A DNA stretch of 64,000 nt from a candidate division WOR-3 bacterium (GTDB lineage Bacteria > Hydrothermota > Hydrothermia > JBDRYB01), in assembly GCA_039803205.1 (NCBI GenBank), contig JBDRYB010000001.1, positions 139,413 through 203,412 of the forward strand, given 5' to 3'. A program made the translations under genes and the position numbers. Below the pieces are notes generated by a model. It saw only the letters and a list, made by a program, of their open reading frames with translations. It made no database searches and had not been told where the DNA came from. Every line of letters begins with the position of its first letter. The stretch's first letter is position 1. Shown here piece after piece: positions 18,562 through 28,458 of this stretch.

Positions 18562-20112
18562 TCATCTGATTATCTTTATCGTCCTTATGTTTCCTTCTGC
18601 CTTCATTACCGCTAGATAGACTCCGCGGGAACTGATTTCGGGAAGAAACACATGGTCCCCGGATGCCATCTCTCCATCCCAGAGTATCTGAGTCAGCCTG
18701 CCTGAGGAGTCGTAGAGCTTCAAGGAGACCTGACCGGATGATGGCAAGTGAAGATGGATGGCGGGGCCCATTGGAATGAAGAGAACATCCTCGGGCGAGC
18801 CCTCCTCAGCTGTAACGACCCCGCAGTTTGATGAGCCTCCCACATCATCAAGCGCGTATACCTTGGAATCCCCGCAACCGACGATTATTTCAATACACCC
18901 ATCGTTGTCTATGTCCGCTGGAATAGGGGATTGCACATTCGGCCCAAGGGCCTTTTTCCAGAGAACAGAGCCGTTTTCGCCGTTCAAGCAGAAGAGGGTA
19001 TCCTCAGGCGCGCCTGAAACCCTCGTTCCAGCCAGAACCTCAAGCTTCCCATCCTTATCTATGTCTGCGAGGGAGACAGGGGTTGATACAGACGCGAGCA
19101 TTGGTGAGAGGTAGTTGCTCCACTTTATTGCCCCCGTCGCGCCGTTCAGGCAATACACATATCCGTTCAGGCTCCCCACGCAAACCTCCATAGCACCGTC
19201 CCCGTCGCAATCGCCGACTGCGGGAGACGATTGAACATCCCCGGATAGCTTCTGGCTCCACTTCTTTGTTCCGTCAGTTCCCCTCAGACAGAATATTGAA
19301 TCGCAATCAGAACCCACTATCACCTCTATGTCAGTTCCGCCGTCAACATTGAAGATCACAGGGGATGACTCCACCCACGAGGAGGGCGAGCTGCTCGTGA
19401 GATACTCCCATTTTTTCGTCCCGTCCGTTCCCCTTAGGCAATAGACCTTGTAGTCGTTTGCGCCCCAGACCACTTCCATCTTCCCATCGCCGTCCACATC
19501 TCCAACAGCCGGAGACGAGCGGGACTGATATATGATCACGAATTCCCATTCTACCGCGCCCGTAGCACCATTCAGCGCGAAGCACTTGGGACAGCCTGAG
19601 CATGTTGTCATGCTGGTAAAAACAATCTCCTTTTGGCCGTCACCATCCACATCGGCAATCGCTGGCCCAGACCATATTATCCCCTCGCTCGGGCCCAGAT
19701 AATTGAACCATTCTCTGGCCCCAGTAGCGCCGTTCAGACAGAATACCGTGTCCCCATCATTCCCAAAGACAACCTCTATCGCGCCATCTCCGTCCACATC
19801 CCCGACGGCAGGAGAGCTCCTTATCTTGCTCCTCGTGGAATAGCTCCACTTCTGAGCCCCGGTAATTCCGTTTATGCAATAGATGTGACAATCCATGGAT
19901 CCCACTATAACCTCTGGGAGTCCGTTCCCATCGCAATCAGCGACCGCTGAGAACTGCCATTTCACTGTGTCCCCTGTGGTGAACTGCCATTTCACATTGG
20001 GAGCCGTGCTCATCGCGCCCTTCATGGTCTGGAGAGCCTGGTGAGCTGGCTCGCCTCCCCACATGGGCCATGAACCGTAAACAGCACCTATGCATATGAC
20101 AAAGCTAAACAT
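18562..20112 (-). CDS. Secreted FG-GAP/PQQ-like beta-propeller with CTD (class A)
   Basis: Same repeats; SD AAAGGAGG. Confidence 0.85.
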   Translation of the reverse strand: MFSFVICIGAVYGSWPMWGGEPAHQALQTMKGAMSTAPNVKWQFTTGDTVKWQFSAVADCDGNGLPEVIVGSMDCHIYCINGITGAQKWSYSTRSKIRSSPAVGDVDGDGAIEVVFGNDGDTVFCLNGATGAREWFNYLGPSEGIIWSGPAIADVDGDGQKEIVFTSMTTCSGCPKCFALNGATGAVEWEFVIIYQSRSSPAVGDVDGDGKMEVVWGANDYKVYCLRGTDGTKKWEYLTSSSPSSWVESSPVIFNVDGGTDIEVIVGSDCDSIFCLRGTDGTKKWSQKLSGDVQSSPAVGDCDGDGAMEVCVGSLNGYVYCLNGATGAIKWSNYLSPMLASVSTPVSLADIDKDGKLEVLAGTRVSGAPEDTLFCLNGENGSVLWKKALGPNVQSPIPADIDNDGCIEIIVGCGDSKVYALDDVGGSSNCGVVTAEEGSPEDVLFIPMGPAIHLHLPSSGQVSLKLYDSSGRLTQILWDGEMASGDHVFLPEISSRGVYLAVMKAEGNIRTIKIIR

Positions 20113-20142
20113 GATCTAAACCTCCTTTCGTTCACGGCCTTT

Positions 20143-20176
20143 ATCTTAGAGAAAAATCTCCAAAAGATCTCCAAAA
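20143..20176 (-). promoter_or_regulatory. SARP-type direct-repeat promoter (copy 1)
   Basis: ATCTCCAAAA at 20156 and 20167; -10 TAAGAT 8 bp after the proximal TTGGAGA. Confidence 0.75.
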
Positions 20177-20254
20177 ACCACACCAAACCAAGGTGAAACA
20201 AGGGGAAAATATGGGTGGTTGACCATGGTTTTTCATGGGCAATAAAATATTCGG

Positions 20255-21838
20255 GTGAGGGATGTTGAGCTTTTTGAACGCGGACTTGAACTCTTCAACG
20301 CCAACAGAATAGCGGAATTCCAGGAATTCTTGCGGCAGATGAGGGAAGAGAACCCTCCGGTAGCATCCCTTTTGGAGATCCACCATGCCCTTCTTAGCCA
20401 CAATCCGGCAATAGTTCTCAGGAAGGCCAAGAGGATGTTCTCAACCTTCTCGGGGAAACCAGAACTAGCGGTAAGATTCTACATGAGGATGGGGGTGGCG
20501 CAAAAGATGATCGGGGAAATAGGCCTCTCAGACAGTTACTTTGCCAGGGCAAAGGAGCTCGCTGAGAAGATTGGGGACAGCCCAGCGGTAGAACACGCGA
20601 GGGTGGAGCTCCTTTACAACAGGTTCATGAAACAGGAATACGATTCCCTCTATAAGGACCTCGCTGGGCTAGACCCATCCGACCCCTTGTTTGATCATCG
20701 GCACATCAAGTTCATAATGGCCATGATCCTCGTGGTGCAAGGTGAGATAGGGAAGGCAAAAAGGCTCCTGGATTTGTTGGTGAGGTCTGATAGGGTGGGG
20801 GAATACATGAGGATTAGTATCCTTGAGATCAGGGGCATCATATCTAGGCTGGAAGGGAACCTTAATGAAGCTGTTGAGCTTTATGAGGAATCAGCAGAGG
20901 GTTACCTCTCTTTGGGATCGGCTTATGCCGCATTTCCTTGTGCGAAAGCGCTCCAGATAACCCGTCTCGCCAACATCAAACCTCCTCCTGGTGCCCTAAT
21001 AAAAAGATGTCTGAGAACGGCCAACAAAGGAGGCTGGGGGGAACAGGCCGCGGGGAAAGAGATTGAAGCACTGCTAACCGAGGATGAAGGCGAGGCCGCG
21101 CTCCGGCTATTTGAGGCCGCCAAAGGCTATTACAGGGTATATCAGAACATAGAGTCGGTCATGGCCGGGCTTCTGGCTAGCTACCTGGCCTGGAAAGTGA
21201 ATCATCCGGTCTTCATGGATGCCATGAGGTTCCTGGGGCCCATGCTCCCGCTTTATCCTGGGTTGAAAAAAGACCCAATAATAGGGGATTTCATGACCAG
21301 GGCAGAGGCTTTTCTTAGAGGAGAACAGAGGAATACCAAAAGGGGAATTAGGGCTTGGCTCATAGGCGACCTGAGAGTGGAGGTGAACGGTTCAGAGCTC
21401 TCCGTAACCAGATGGGGGAGCAAGCAAGCCATGATGGCGTTCATATACCTTCTGCTCTCCCCGAGGCACAGGATCCCCCAGGATCACCTGTTTTACCTTC
21501 TGTGGCCTAAAAAACCGTATACTTCAGAAACAAGAAGCCTGCTTTATCGCGTGATGAGCATCCTGAGAAAGAATCTCAGCGGCTCATTCCTGGTCAAGAG
21601 GGGGGATTTCTATCAGCTTGAGGATGTCTGGACTGATCTTGAAGAGATTGAGGACCTCATCCGAAAGGCCGAGGGGGCTGGTGATCCCCAGAAGACCAAA
21701 GAGCTCCTCTTTCTGGCCGGGGAGCTGGCAAAGGGGGAACTCTTGCCAGAATTTCCCTATGATCCCTATATTGAGGAATACAGGGGTTATTACGAGGGCC
21801 TCAAAAGGAGGATAGCCCGTGGGTCTAGTAAACCGTGA
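20255..21838 (+). CDS. Transcriptional regulator: N-terminal TPR-like region, C-terminal SARP-type wHTH + BTAD-like domain
   Basis: LIGDLRVEVNG..W.S..A...IYLLL...IP.D.L...LWP..L...LRK.L..FYQL..VWTD..E..GELLPE; leaderless promoter TTGACC-18-TAAAAT. Confidence 0.8.
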   Translation: MRDVELFERGLELFNANRIAEFQEFLRQMREENPPVASLLEIHHALLSHNPAIVLRKAKRMFSTFSGKPELAVRFYMRMGVAQKMIGEIGLSDSYFARAKELAEKIGDSPAVEHARVELLYNRFMKQEYDSLYKDLAGLDPSDPLFDHRHIKFIMAMILVVQGEIGKAKRLLDLLVRSDRVGEYMRISILEIRGIISRLEGNLNEAVELYEESAEGYLSLGSAYAAFPCAKALQITRLANIKPPPGALIKRCLRTANKGGWGEQAAGKEIEALLTEDEGEAALRLFEAAKGYYRVYQNIESVMAGLLASYLAWKVNHPVFMDAMRFLGPMLPLYPGLKKDPIIGDFMTRAEAFLRGEQRNTKRGIRAWLIGDLRVEVNGSELSVTRWGSKQAMMAFIYLLLSPRHRIPQDHLFYLLWPKKPYTSETRSLLYRVMSILRKNLSGSFLVKRGDFYQLEDVWTDLEEIEDLIRKAEGAGDPQKTKELLFLAGELAKGELLPEFPYDPYIEEYRGYYEGLKRRIARGSSKP

Positions 21839-23651
21839 ACTTCCTGGTAAGGCAACCCCACCGTGAGCACATCCTCAGGAAATAGACCCCCTGGCTCAGG
21901 CTGGAAACCGGAACCCTGAGCTCATGCCTGCCAGCGCTGGCATAACCCGAAAGGACATCGTAAATCAGCCTCCCTGAGACATCATATATCCTCAGGGTAA
22001 TCTCACCATCTTCCGGAATTGAGTATGAAACTGGAAGGTCCCCGCGGACCGGGTTGAGGGTAACCCTCAGAGATAGCAAGCCCTCTTCCGGAGGGCTCTC
22101 GGCAAGCTCCGTGTAGCGTATCTTCTTGAGGACCCACTCCCCTGGGTCAACCAAAAGGGTCTCTGGCCGGAACTGCACGAGCCAGCTGAAGCGCTCGGCC
22201 CGCTCGTTGACCCAGACCGTATCCCGGAATGTATCCGGCGCGTGAACCATCATTATCTCAACTGGCATGATGAAAACGGGCGCGTTTTGCTGAACCTGAT
22301 TGAGATATAGGTTCACCTCGTATTTGCCCCCTAGATCACGAGCGAACCAGTTGTAATAAAACTCAGGATAGCCTGCTTCGTAGATCCACTCCCGAAAGAA
22401 CCAGTCCAAGGATGAGCCATAAACAGCCTCGGCCTCAGCCTGGAAGTCCGGAATGGTTGCTGTGCCGCCGCCGTAGGCGTTCCGGTAGTTCTTCAGGGTG
22501 GTGAAGAACCCCTGATCCCCCATGACCCATCTGAGCATGTGAAGCACCCACGCGCCCTTCTTGTAGACCGTGTAGCCCCACATGTATTCGGCGGGGGGAT
22601 CGTAAATCGGGAATCTGGCCTGCGCGTCCTCGGAGAAATAAAGGTTCTTGAAGGACCTCATGACGCTGTCGCGCTTCGGAACCCCCCCAATGTGCTCAGC
22701 GTAAAGGGCCTCGCAGTATGAGGCAAAACCCTCGTTCAACCATACATGCGGCCAGTCCTGGCAGGTTACCCAATCCCCCCACCACTGGTGGCTGAGCTCG
22801 TGCGCGTATGTCAGGATATGCCGGCCATCTCCGGTGATCCAGTATGATCCCAAAGCAACCATGGTCTGGTGCTCAAGCGCGAACCCCCCTCCCCAGAGGT
22901 TGCTCTGCGCGTATCCGAACTTCTCGCTCCTGAAAGGGTAATCCCCGAAAACCGAGGAGAAGTAGTCCAGCATGTCAGGAACACTCTGAACATCCGCTCG
23001 CATCTTGTCCTCAAACAGGTTAAACGGGTAATACCACAGCGGCATGCCTTGCCAGGAGTCCGTGAACTTGGCATACTTATCCGAGGCTGAAACAGCAACG
23101 AGGTAATTGGCAATGGGGTAATGGACTGACCAGTAGAAGGTCTTCCAGTCCCCTTGATCATCCACCGAATCAAGGGTCCCATTCGCGGCCAGATCAAATC
23201 CCTTCGGGACCGTGTATGCGAAACGAGCGCTATCCGCCTTGTCTCCGTTGTGGTCGTAACAGGGATACCACTGGTGAGCGTCCTTGACGCCATCAGGGGA
23301 GAGACAGGCCGAGAAGGCGCCCCAATAGTTGAAATAAAGCCCAGCGGTTGGATGGCCGTGGTAAAATACCTCAAGGGTAAAATCCTGCGGAACAGGGCCT
23401 CGGACCCAGACGGTATCATCCCTCCTGGTAAAATCAGCCAACAAGCCGTTGAGCCTGATGCTGTCTATGTTTAGCGCTGAGCCGAGGTGAAAGTCCACAG
23501 AATCAAGGGCTGAAATAGCGCGGCCTTTTATTTCGCCCATACCGAAGATGGTGTCCGGAACGGGGTCCAATGTCAAATAGATCCCGTAAAATCCCACATC
23601 GTAGGAATGGGGAAAAACCTGCGAGAGAAAGGCTAAAAACAATCCGGTCAT
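21825..23651 (-). CDS. Secreted M1-family aminopeptidase with CTD
   Basis: FALEHQT, HELSHQWWG, WLNEGFA, YKKGA; CTD NP..YDVSGRL..GVYFLR. Confidence 0.9.
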   Translation of the reverse strand: MTGLFLAFLSQVFPHSYDVGFYGIYLTLDPVPDTIFGMGEIKGRAISALDSVDFHLGSALNIDSIRLNGLLADFTRRDDTVWVRGPVPQDFTLEVFYHGHPTAGLYFNYWGAFSACLSPDGVKDAHQWYPCYDHNGDKADSARFAYTVPKGFDLAANGTLDSVDDQGDWKTFYWSVHYPIANYLVAVSASDKYAKFTDSWQGMPLWYYPFNLFEDKMRADVQSVPDMLDYFSSVFGDYPFRSEKFGYAQSNLWGGGFALEHQTMVALGSYWITGDGRHILTYAHELSHQWWGDWVTCQDWPHVWLNEGFASYCEALYAEHIGGVPKRDSVMRSFKNLYFSEDAQARFPIYDPPAEYMWGYTVYKKGAWVLHMLRWVMGDQGFFTTLKNYRNAYGGGTATIPDFQAEAEAVYGSSLDWFFREWIYEAGYPEFYYNWFARDLGGKYEVNLYLNQVQQNAPVFIMPVEIMMVHAPDTFRDTVWVNERAERFSWLVQFRPETLLVDPGEWVLKKIRYTELAESPPEEGLLSLRVTLNPVRGDLPVSYSIPEDGEITLRIYDVSGRLIYDVLSGYASAGRHELRVPVSSLSQGVYFLRMCSRWGCLTRKFTVY

Positions 23652-23731
23652 GGCGATATTCTAAGCTAAAGAGGAGCTCTTCTGCAAGGAGTTTGACCCT
23701 GACTGGGGCAAAACCCTATACTATCCCCGCC

Positions 23732-24355
23732 ATGAAAAGGTTTGCTATTATATCATCCCTGGCAATAGCGGGGACAGGTTGCGGGCTGTTCTATCACAAG
23801 GAAGTAGTGGAGGTTCCCAACCCAGCGGTTCTGACCGATCCCGAAATAGCCAAAGAGGCCTCGGGCGCGAGGCTTGTTTATCAGGACATAGCGACCGCCA
23901 AGACCGAAAAGGGGAAATTTCTCGGCGCAGAGGGCTCTGCCGTGAAGGTTCTCAGCCATGGCACCGAAACAGAGATCAATCCGAGCCAGATGACAAACGC
24001 TCGGCTTGAGATGTCTGCTAGCAAGATGACCCCTCTGACATGCTTGGGTTCCACATGTTTGGGCGTAGGCCTTGGTGGATTCCTGGGCTATCTGGTGGGC
24101 AAGGACATCTACGAGGACGCAATTGGGGAGGGGCCGAAAGATTGCGTGGAGGTCCTCATTTGGCCGCTGATAGTCTTAATTACAATAGTTATTGCAATTA
24201 TGGCAGGGGTAGTGGTGGCTGGCCTCGTTCTCCTGCTCAGCCTCATTTTCGGCAATGTGATCCTGCCAAATCTGTTCCTGAATTCAAAGGTAAGGGAGAT
24301 AAAAGCGAGAGCCAGAAGGCTCAGAAACCTGATAGCGATGAAACCAGGGGGTTAG
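23732..24355 (+). CDS. Putative lipoprotein with C-terminal transmembrane helices
   Basis: MKRF..AGTG-C lipobox-like start at ATG 23732; two hydrophobic segments. Confidence 0.6.
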   Translation: MKRFAIISSLAIAGTGCGLFYHKEVVEVPNPAVLTDPEIAKEASGARLVYQDIATAKTEKGKFLGAEGSAVKVLSHGTETEINPSQMTNARLEMSASKMTPLTCLGSTCLGVGLGGFLGYLVGKDIYEDAIGEGPKDCVEVLIWPLIVLITIVIAIMAGVVVAGLVLLLSLIFGNVILPNLFLNSKVREIKARARRLRNLIAMKPGG

Positions 24356-24397
24356 CCGGTTTCAATACCTTTTTAGCCGTCGCGAAAAGGATTGAAC

Positions 24398-25537
24398 CTA
24401 CCTCAACATCCACCCAGCGATTATCATGCGCATTATCTCGGATGTCCCCTCGTATATCTCGGTTATCCTCGCGTCCCTGAGATGGCGTTCTGCTGGATAA
24501 TCCGTCGTGTAGCCGTATCCACCGTGTATCTGGAGGCACTTCGTCGCGCAGAAGGAGGCGGCCTCGGAGGCCTTGAGCTTTGCCATTGCGGCCTCACGGG
24601 TGTAGCGCTCCCCTTTGTCCTTCAACCAAGCGGCTCGGAGGGTGAGCAATCTGGCGGCCTCATATGCTACCGTCATGTCAGCAATCATCCACTGGATAGC
24701 CTCAAATTCGGCTATGGGCTTCCCGAACTGGACACGCTCCTTTGCGTGGGCTATTGCCTCTTCTATGGAGGCCCTGGCTATACCGAGTGCCTGGCCAGCA
24801 ACCCCTATCCTGCCAGCGTCAAGGGTTGACATGCATACCTTGAATCCCTCGCCCGGATTGCCGAGGGTGTTTTCCTTTGGTATCTCACAGTTCTCAAATA
24901 TGAACTCAGCGGTTGAAGACCCTCTTATCCCAAGCTTGTCCTCAAGCTTGCCGACCTCAAATCCAGGGGTCCCTTTCTCAACTATGAGGGTTGTTAGGCC
25001 CTTCGCTCCCAGGCTCCTGTCAATTGTTCCCAAAAGAACAACATAGTCCGCCTCCTTGCCGTTTGTGACGAATATCTTCCTGCCGTTGACGAGCCACCTG
25101 TCTCCCTTGTCCTGGAAAATTGTCTGGGCTGAGGCCGGATCGGAACCAGCGCCAGGCTCTGTCATGGACAAAGCGCCAAGCTTCTTGCCGGAGGCAAGCG
25201 GAACAAGATACTTCCTCTTCTGCTCCTCGGTCCCAAATGTGTATATGGGATGACAAGCGAGGGAGTTGTTGACCGAGACGATTATCCCGGTTGAGGCACA
25301 GACACGGCTTATCTCCTCCATGATCAGCACATAGCTCACATAGTCCATGCCAGCGCCGCCGTATTCCTCGGGTATCGCTACCCCCATAAAACCGAGCTCC
25401 CCGAGGAGTTTTACCGCCTCTGCTGGGAACATGTGCTCCTTGTCTATCTTGCTTGCTATGGGTCTAAGGTGGCGCTCCGCGAAATCCCTCGCGGCCTCCT
25501 GGGCCATCCTCTGGGTCTCTGTGAATTCAAAGTTCAT
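24398..25537 (-). CDS. Acyl-CoA dehydrogenase (short-chain/butyryl-CoA type)
   Basis: PEEYGGAG, TEPGAGSD, KLGIRGS, RVQFGKPI, QIHGGYGY, IYEGTSEI. Confidence 0.93.
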   Translation of the reverse strand: MNFEFTETQRMAQEAARDFAERHLRPIASKIDKEHMFPAEAVKLLGELGFMGVAIPEEYGGAGMDYVSYVLIMEEISRVCASTGIIVSVNNSLACHPIYTFGTEEQKRKYLVPLASGKKLGALSMTEPGAGSDPASAQTIFQDKGDRWLVNGRKIFVTNGKEADYVVLLGTIDRSLGAKGLTTLIVEKGTPGFEVGKLEDKLGIRGSSTAEFIFENCEIPKENTLGNPGEGFKVCMSTLDAGRIGVAGQALGIARASIEEAIAHAKERVQFGKPIAEFEAIQWMIADMTVAYEAARLLTLRAAWLKDKGERYTREAAMAKLKASEAASFCATKCLQIHGGYGYTTDYPAERHLRDARITEIYEGTSEIMRMIIAGWMLR

Positions 25538-25653
25538 CTCCAGAACTCCTTCTCTTAGAGTTCATAATTATAGGAGAGGGTAAGACCGAGAAACAACTTG
25601 TATCCTTTGACACAAGACTACTATAATATGTCCAAGCCTATAGGAGGTGTATT

Positions 25654-26766
25654 ATGATGATGTGGTTTTTCCTCAGCGTGCCATTTGGAGGCACGAATAT
25701 GGGTCCGGATCTTTCGGCGGGCGAGGGTCCTGATGCGGGGGTCTACGCGACAGACTTCACCCAGTATGCAAAGCATGTGCTAAAGGGCAACTTCACATCT
25801 ACGGCCGCAACCGCCTATATGAGCGGCGGGAGCGTGACCATGAACCTGAGCACGATTCCCGCTGGAGCCCATGTTGCCGCGGCGTATCTCTTTTGGGCAG
25901 GCCAAACCAACGCTCTGGACGAGTTCGCGAACATAAACTTCGCCGGGAATCCGATAACTGGGGCTGTTATAGGCTATGACTGCTCGGATTGCTGGAACAC
26001 AGCCTACGCTTCCCTCTATGCCTGCGATGTGACGGGTTATGTGACTGGAAACGGCTCATATGTAATAAACGGATTCAACTCCCTGGGCGATCATATCCCT
26101 GGGGTGGATGGATTCACCCTTGTCGTGGTCTATACTGACCCCACCCCAACTGTTATGAGGGTCGTCTCCATATGGACAGGCTACATAGACCTTGAGGGTT
26201 GTGGCCCTTCCGATACCTTTTGGGTTCAATCCGGATTCCAGGCCACAAACCCAATAGGCGACGCGAAGGCCGCTCTTACCATAAACGATCCTCAGGATGG
26301 GATGAAGAACTTCGCTAACTTCAACGGCAACTTCGTGGCTTACTTTGACGGAACCAATCCCGGGAACCATTGGGGCCACTGGGAAGGTGATGTATCGGCC
26401 TGGATGTCCGGCGGCGACAACTCTGCTACCTGGTATGTTGAGAGGGCTTGTCCAAGCGGTTGTGATTGCATAGCTCCGGTCATGTCAGTCATAAGCGTCA
26501 CAACTACCGAGTCCGGCACCAACGAAAGCCCGGCAGAGAAGAACCAGAAGCCCGTAATAGCCGGGGTGGTTCCGGGAGGCATAAGGCTTTTGGGGGCTCC
26601 GGGCGCCACGGTAAGAGTGAACCTCTACGATGTGATAGGCAGAACCGCCTACTCTGACAACATCAGTCTCTCAGAGGAAGGGATGGGGTTCATCCCATCA
26701 GGAAGGGGGATCTGGTTCGTGATTGCTGAGGGATACGGCGTTGTAGGAAAGGCAATGGTTCCGTAG
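25654..26766 (+). CDS. Secreted DUF3344-like protein with short CTD; paralog of 307
   Basis: AAYLFW, DVTGYV.GNGSY, DGFTLVVVY, CPSGCDC; ends GKAMVP. Confidence 0.65.
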   Translation: MMMWFFLSVPFGGTNMGPDLSAGEGPDAGVYATDFTQYAKHVLKGNFTSTAATAYMSGGSVTMNLSTIPAGAHVAAAYLFWAGQTNALDEFANINFAGNPITGAVIGYDCSDCWNTAYASLYACDVTGYVTGNGSYVINGFNSLGDHIPGVDGFTLVVVYTDPTPTVMRVVSIWTGYIDLEGCGPSDTFWVQSGFQATNPIGDAKAALTINDPQDGMKNFANFNGNFVAYFDGTNPGNHWGHWEGDVSAWMSGGDNSATWYVERACPSGCDCIAPVMSVISVTTTESGTNESPAEKNQKPVIAGVVPGGIRLLGAPGATVRVNLYDVIGRTAYSDNISLSEEGMGFIPSGRGIWFVIAEGYGVVGKAMVP

Positions 26767-26822
26767 TTGAAATCCGGGACCGGATCGCCTCATAGTATCC
26801 GACCAAATGTAGGAGGATTGCT

Positions 26823-27794
26823 ATGTTTGCGATGATCTGGATCTGCTTGGTCCAATCCCCGAGCGAGTATCTTGGGATAACCGTTGGCAAGATGGGAACA
26901 TACAATGGCCGATGGCGCCACGAGAGCTATACCGGAGGAACGGACACCGCTAGGTTCCTGGACAGCATGAGGGTAACGGAGACCTTCGTCTATAACGGGC
27001 ACGAGGCATTCAGGATATTAAATGTGAGGCACACTACGGCCGGCGTTGATATAGACACCGCTTTTACGGACTCGGTCTGGAACGACGCGCCCTGGCTCAT
27101 GGCACGAGGAAGGGTTTCTGACACCATATCAAGGGATGTGTTCTATTTCAGGACGCCCTTTACCAAGGGGGATAACTGGTCAACTGGGATAGAGGGAACC
27201 TATAGGGATAACTTTGATGGATACTCTGGCCTTGACCTAATGGTGATAAGGAGCGAGATCATGACGGTTGAGGATTCTGAGGTGGTAAGCGTCCCAGCAG
27301 GCACATTCTTCACATGGAGGCTAAAGAAGCACACCAAGGGTTGCATAACGGAGCCATCCAATCCCCTTCTGGATTCCGTGCCGTTTGAGCGGGTTCTCTA
27401 TATGTGGTGGTCCCCTGGAAACAGCGTGGTGAAGGACACAACCGTAACGGTCGCTACTGCGTATGTCCTGGGTAATCCCATCCCGGATAAGACATACGAG
27501 TCAAGGGTTCTGAGTTTTATCTCAGGGATTCGTGATGCAGCTGTTCAGCCCAGCCCGCTGAGACTCGTCTCTCCCAACCCGGTTCGCAACTCCCTAACGC
27601 TCTCAAGGCCGCCTACAGGAAGGCTTGATGTTTATCTCTATGACCCGACGGGCAAGAAGGTTCTTTCGGAATCGGATAGCGATGGCCCGGAGATGAGCCT
27701 AGATCTAAGCGGAATACCCTGCGGAGTCTACCTTCTAAGGGCGGTTCTGGACCAGAAGCCAACCCTGTTGACGCGGATCGTTAAGGTAAAATAG
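26823..27794 (+). CDS. Secreted protein with VPAGTF domain and CTD
   Basis: VEDSEVVSVPAGTF; PNPVR..YDPTGK..GVYLLR..RIVKVK. Confidence 0.7.
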   Translation: MFAMIWICLVQSPSEYLGITVGKMGTYNGRWRHESYTGGTDTARFLDSMRVTETFVYNGHEAFRILNVRHTTAGVDIDTAFTDSVWNDAPWLMARGRVSDTISRDVFYFRTPFTKGDNWSTGIEGTYRDNFDGYSGLDLMVIRSEIMTVEDSEVVSVPAGTFFTWRLKKHTKGCITEPSNPLLDSVPFERVLYMWWSPGNSVVKDTTVTVATAYVLGNPIPDKTYESRVLSFISGIRDAAVQPSPLRLVSPNPVRNSLTLSRPPTGRLDVYLYDPTGKKVLSESDSDGPEMSLDLSGIPCGVYLLRAVLDQKPTLLTRIVKVK

Positions 27795-27866
27795 GGACGA
27801 GGCCGGCCTTAGGCTCATGGCTGAGGCTGGTTATGCCTGCAGCTGAACAGGTGAGAAGACCCAATC

Positions 27867-28457
27867 TCACGGATAAATCCTCTCCCCCATCTTCTTAGGG
27901 TGGTTGTCATATATCTCGGCTATTGTGAAAATGTAAACAGGGGTATGACTCCAATCATCTCTCCTGCCGTGAAAGACATCGTGAAGCCCGTTCACGAACC
28001 TGAACAGGAGGCCCTCATGGAAGCATCTCGCAGTGCATCTGAGCTCGTATGTTACCGAAGGGGGCTCGTAGAAGAGCAGGGTTGCCGCCCCGCCGTCTTT
28101 CAGGTTCTGGTATGTGTGGCGCCTCGCGAGCTCAATCGTGGATATTCTTGTTGGATCAACCTTTTCCGGAACATATATCTCATCAAGGAGGAACCCCGTA
28201 GATGTTCTGGGCGCTGGTCTCGGGTGCTCCTTCAAGTATGCCTCTATCTTTTGAAGGGTGTCGGGAAGAAACTCCTCCCTGTGGACAACCCCAACGCCCT
28301 TTATTGAGGCGTTCAGGCCCCCTGGCCCCGATGAGACAACAGCGGGCGTGTGCCTCATGAAACCCACAAGGGTATCCTTCCGGGTTAGGCGGCCCTCGGC
28401 CATCCTGAGAAGGAGATCCCGTCGCTCATTGAAGAACCACCTGAAAAACTCATCCAT
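27867..28457 (-). CDS. Hypothetical protein, possibly FMN-binding split-barrel (pyridoxamine-phosphate-oxidase-like)
   Basis: NASIKG, HTYQNL, TLLFY..YELRC, EIYDN pattern. Confidence 0.45.
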   Translation of the reverse strand: MDEFFRWFFNERRDLLLRMAEGRLTRKDTLVGFMRHTPAVVSSGPGGLNASIKGVGVVHREEFLPDTLQKIEAYLKEHPRPAPRTSTGFLLDEIYVPEKVDPTRISTIELARRHTYQNLKDGGAATLLFYEPPSVTYELRCTARCFHEGLLFRFVNGLHDVFHGRRDDWSHTPVYIFTIAEIYDNHPKKMGERIYP

Positions 28458-28458
28458 C

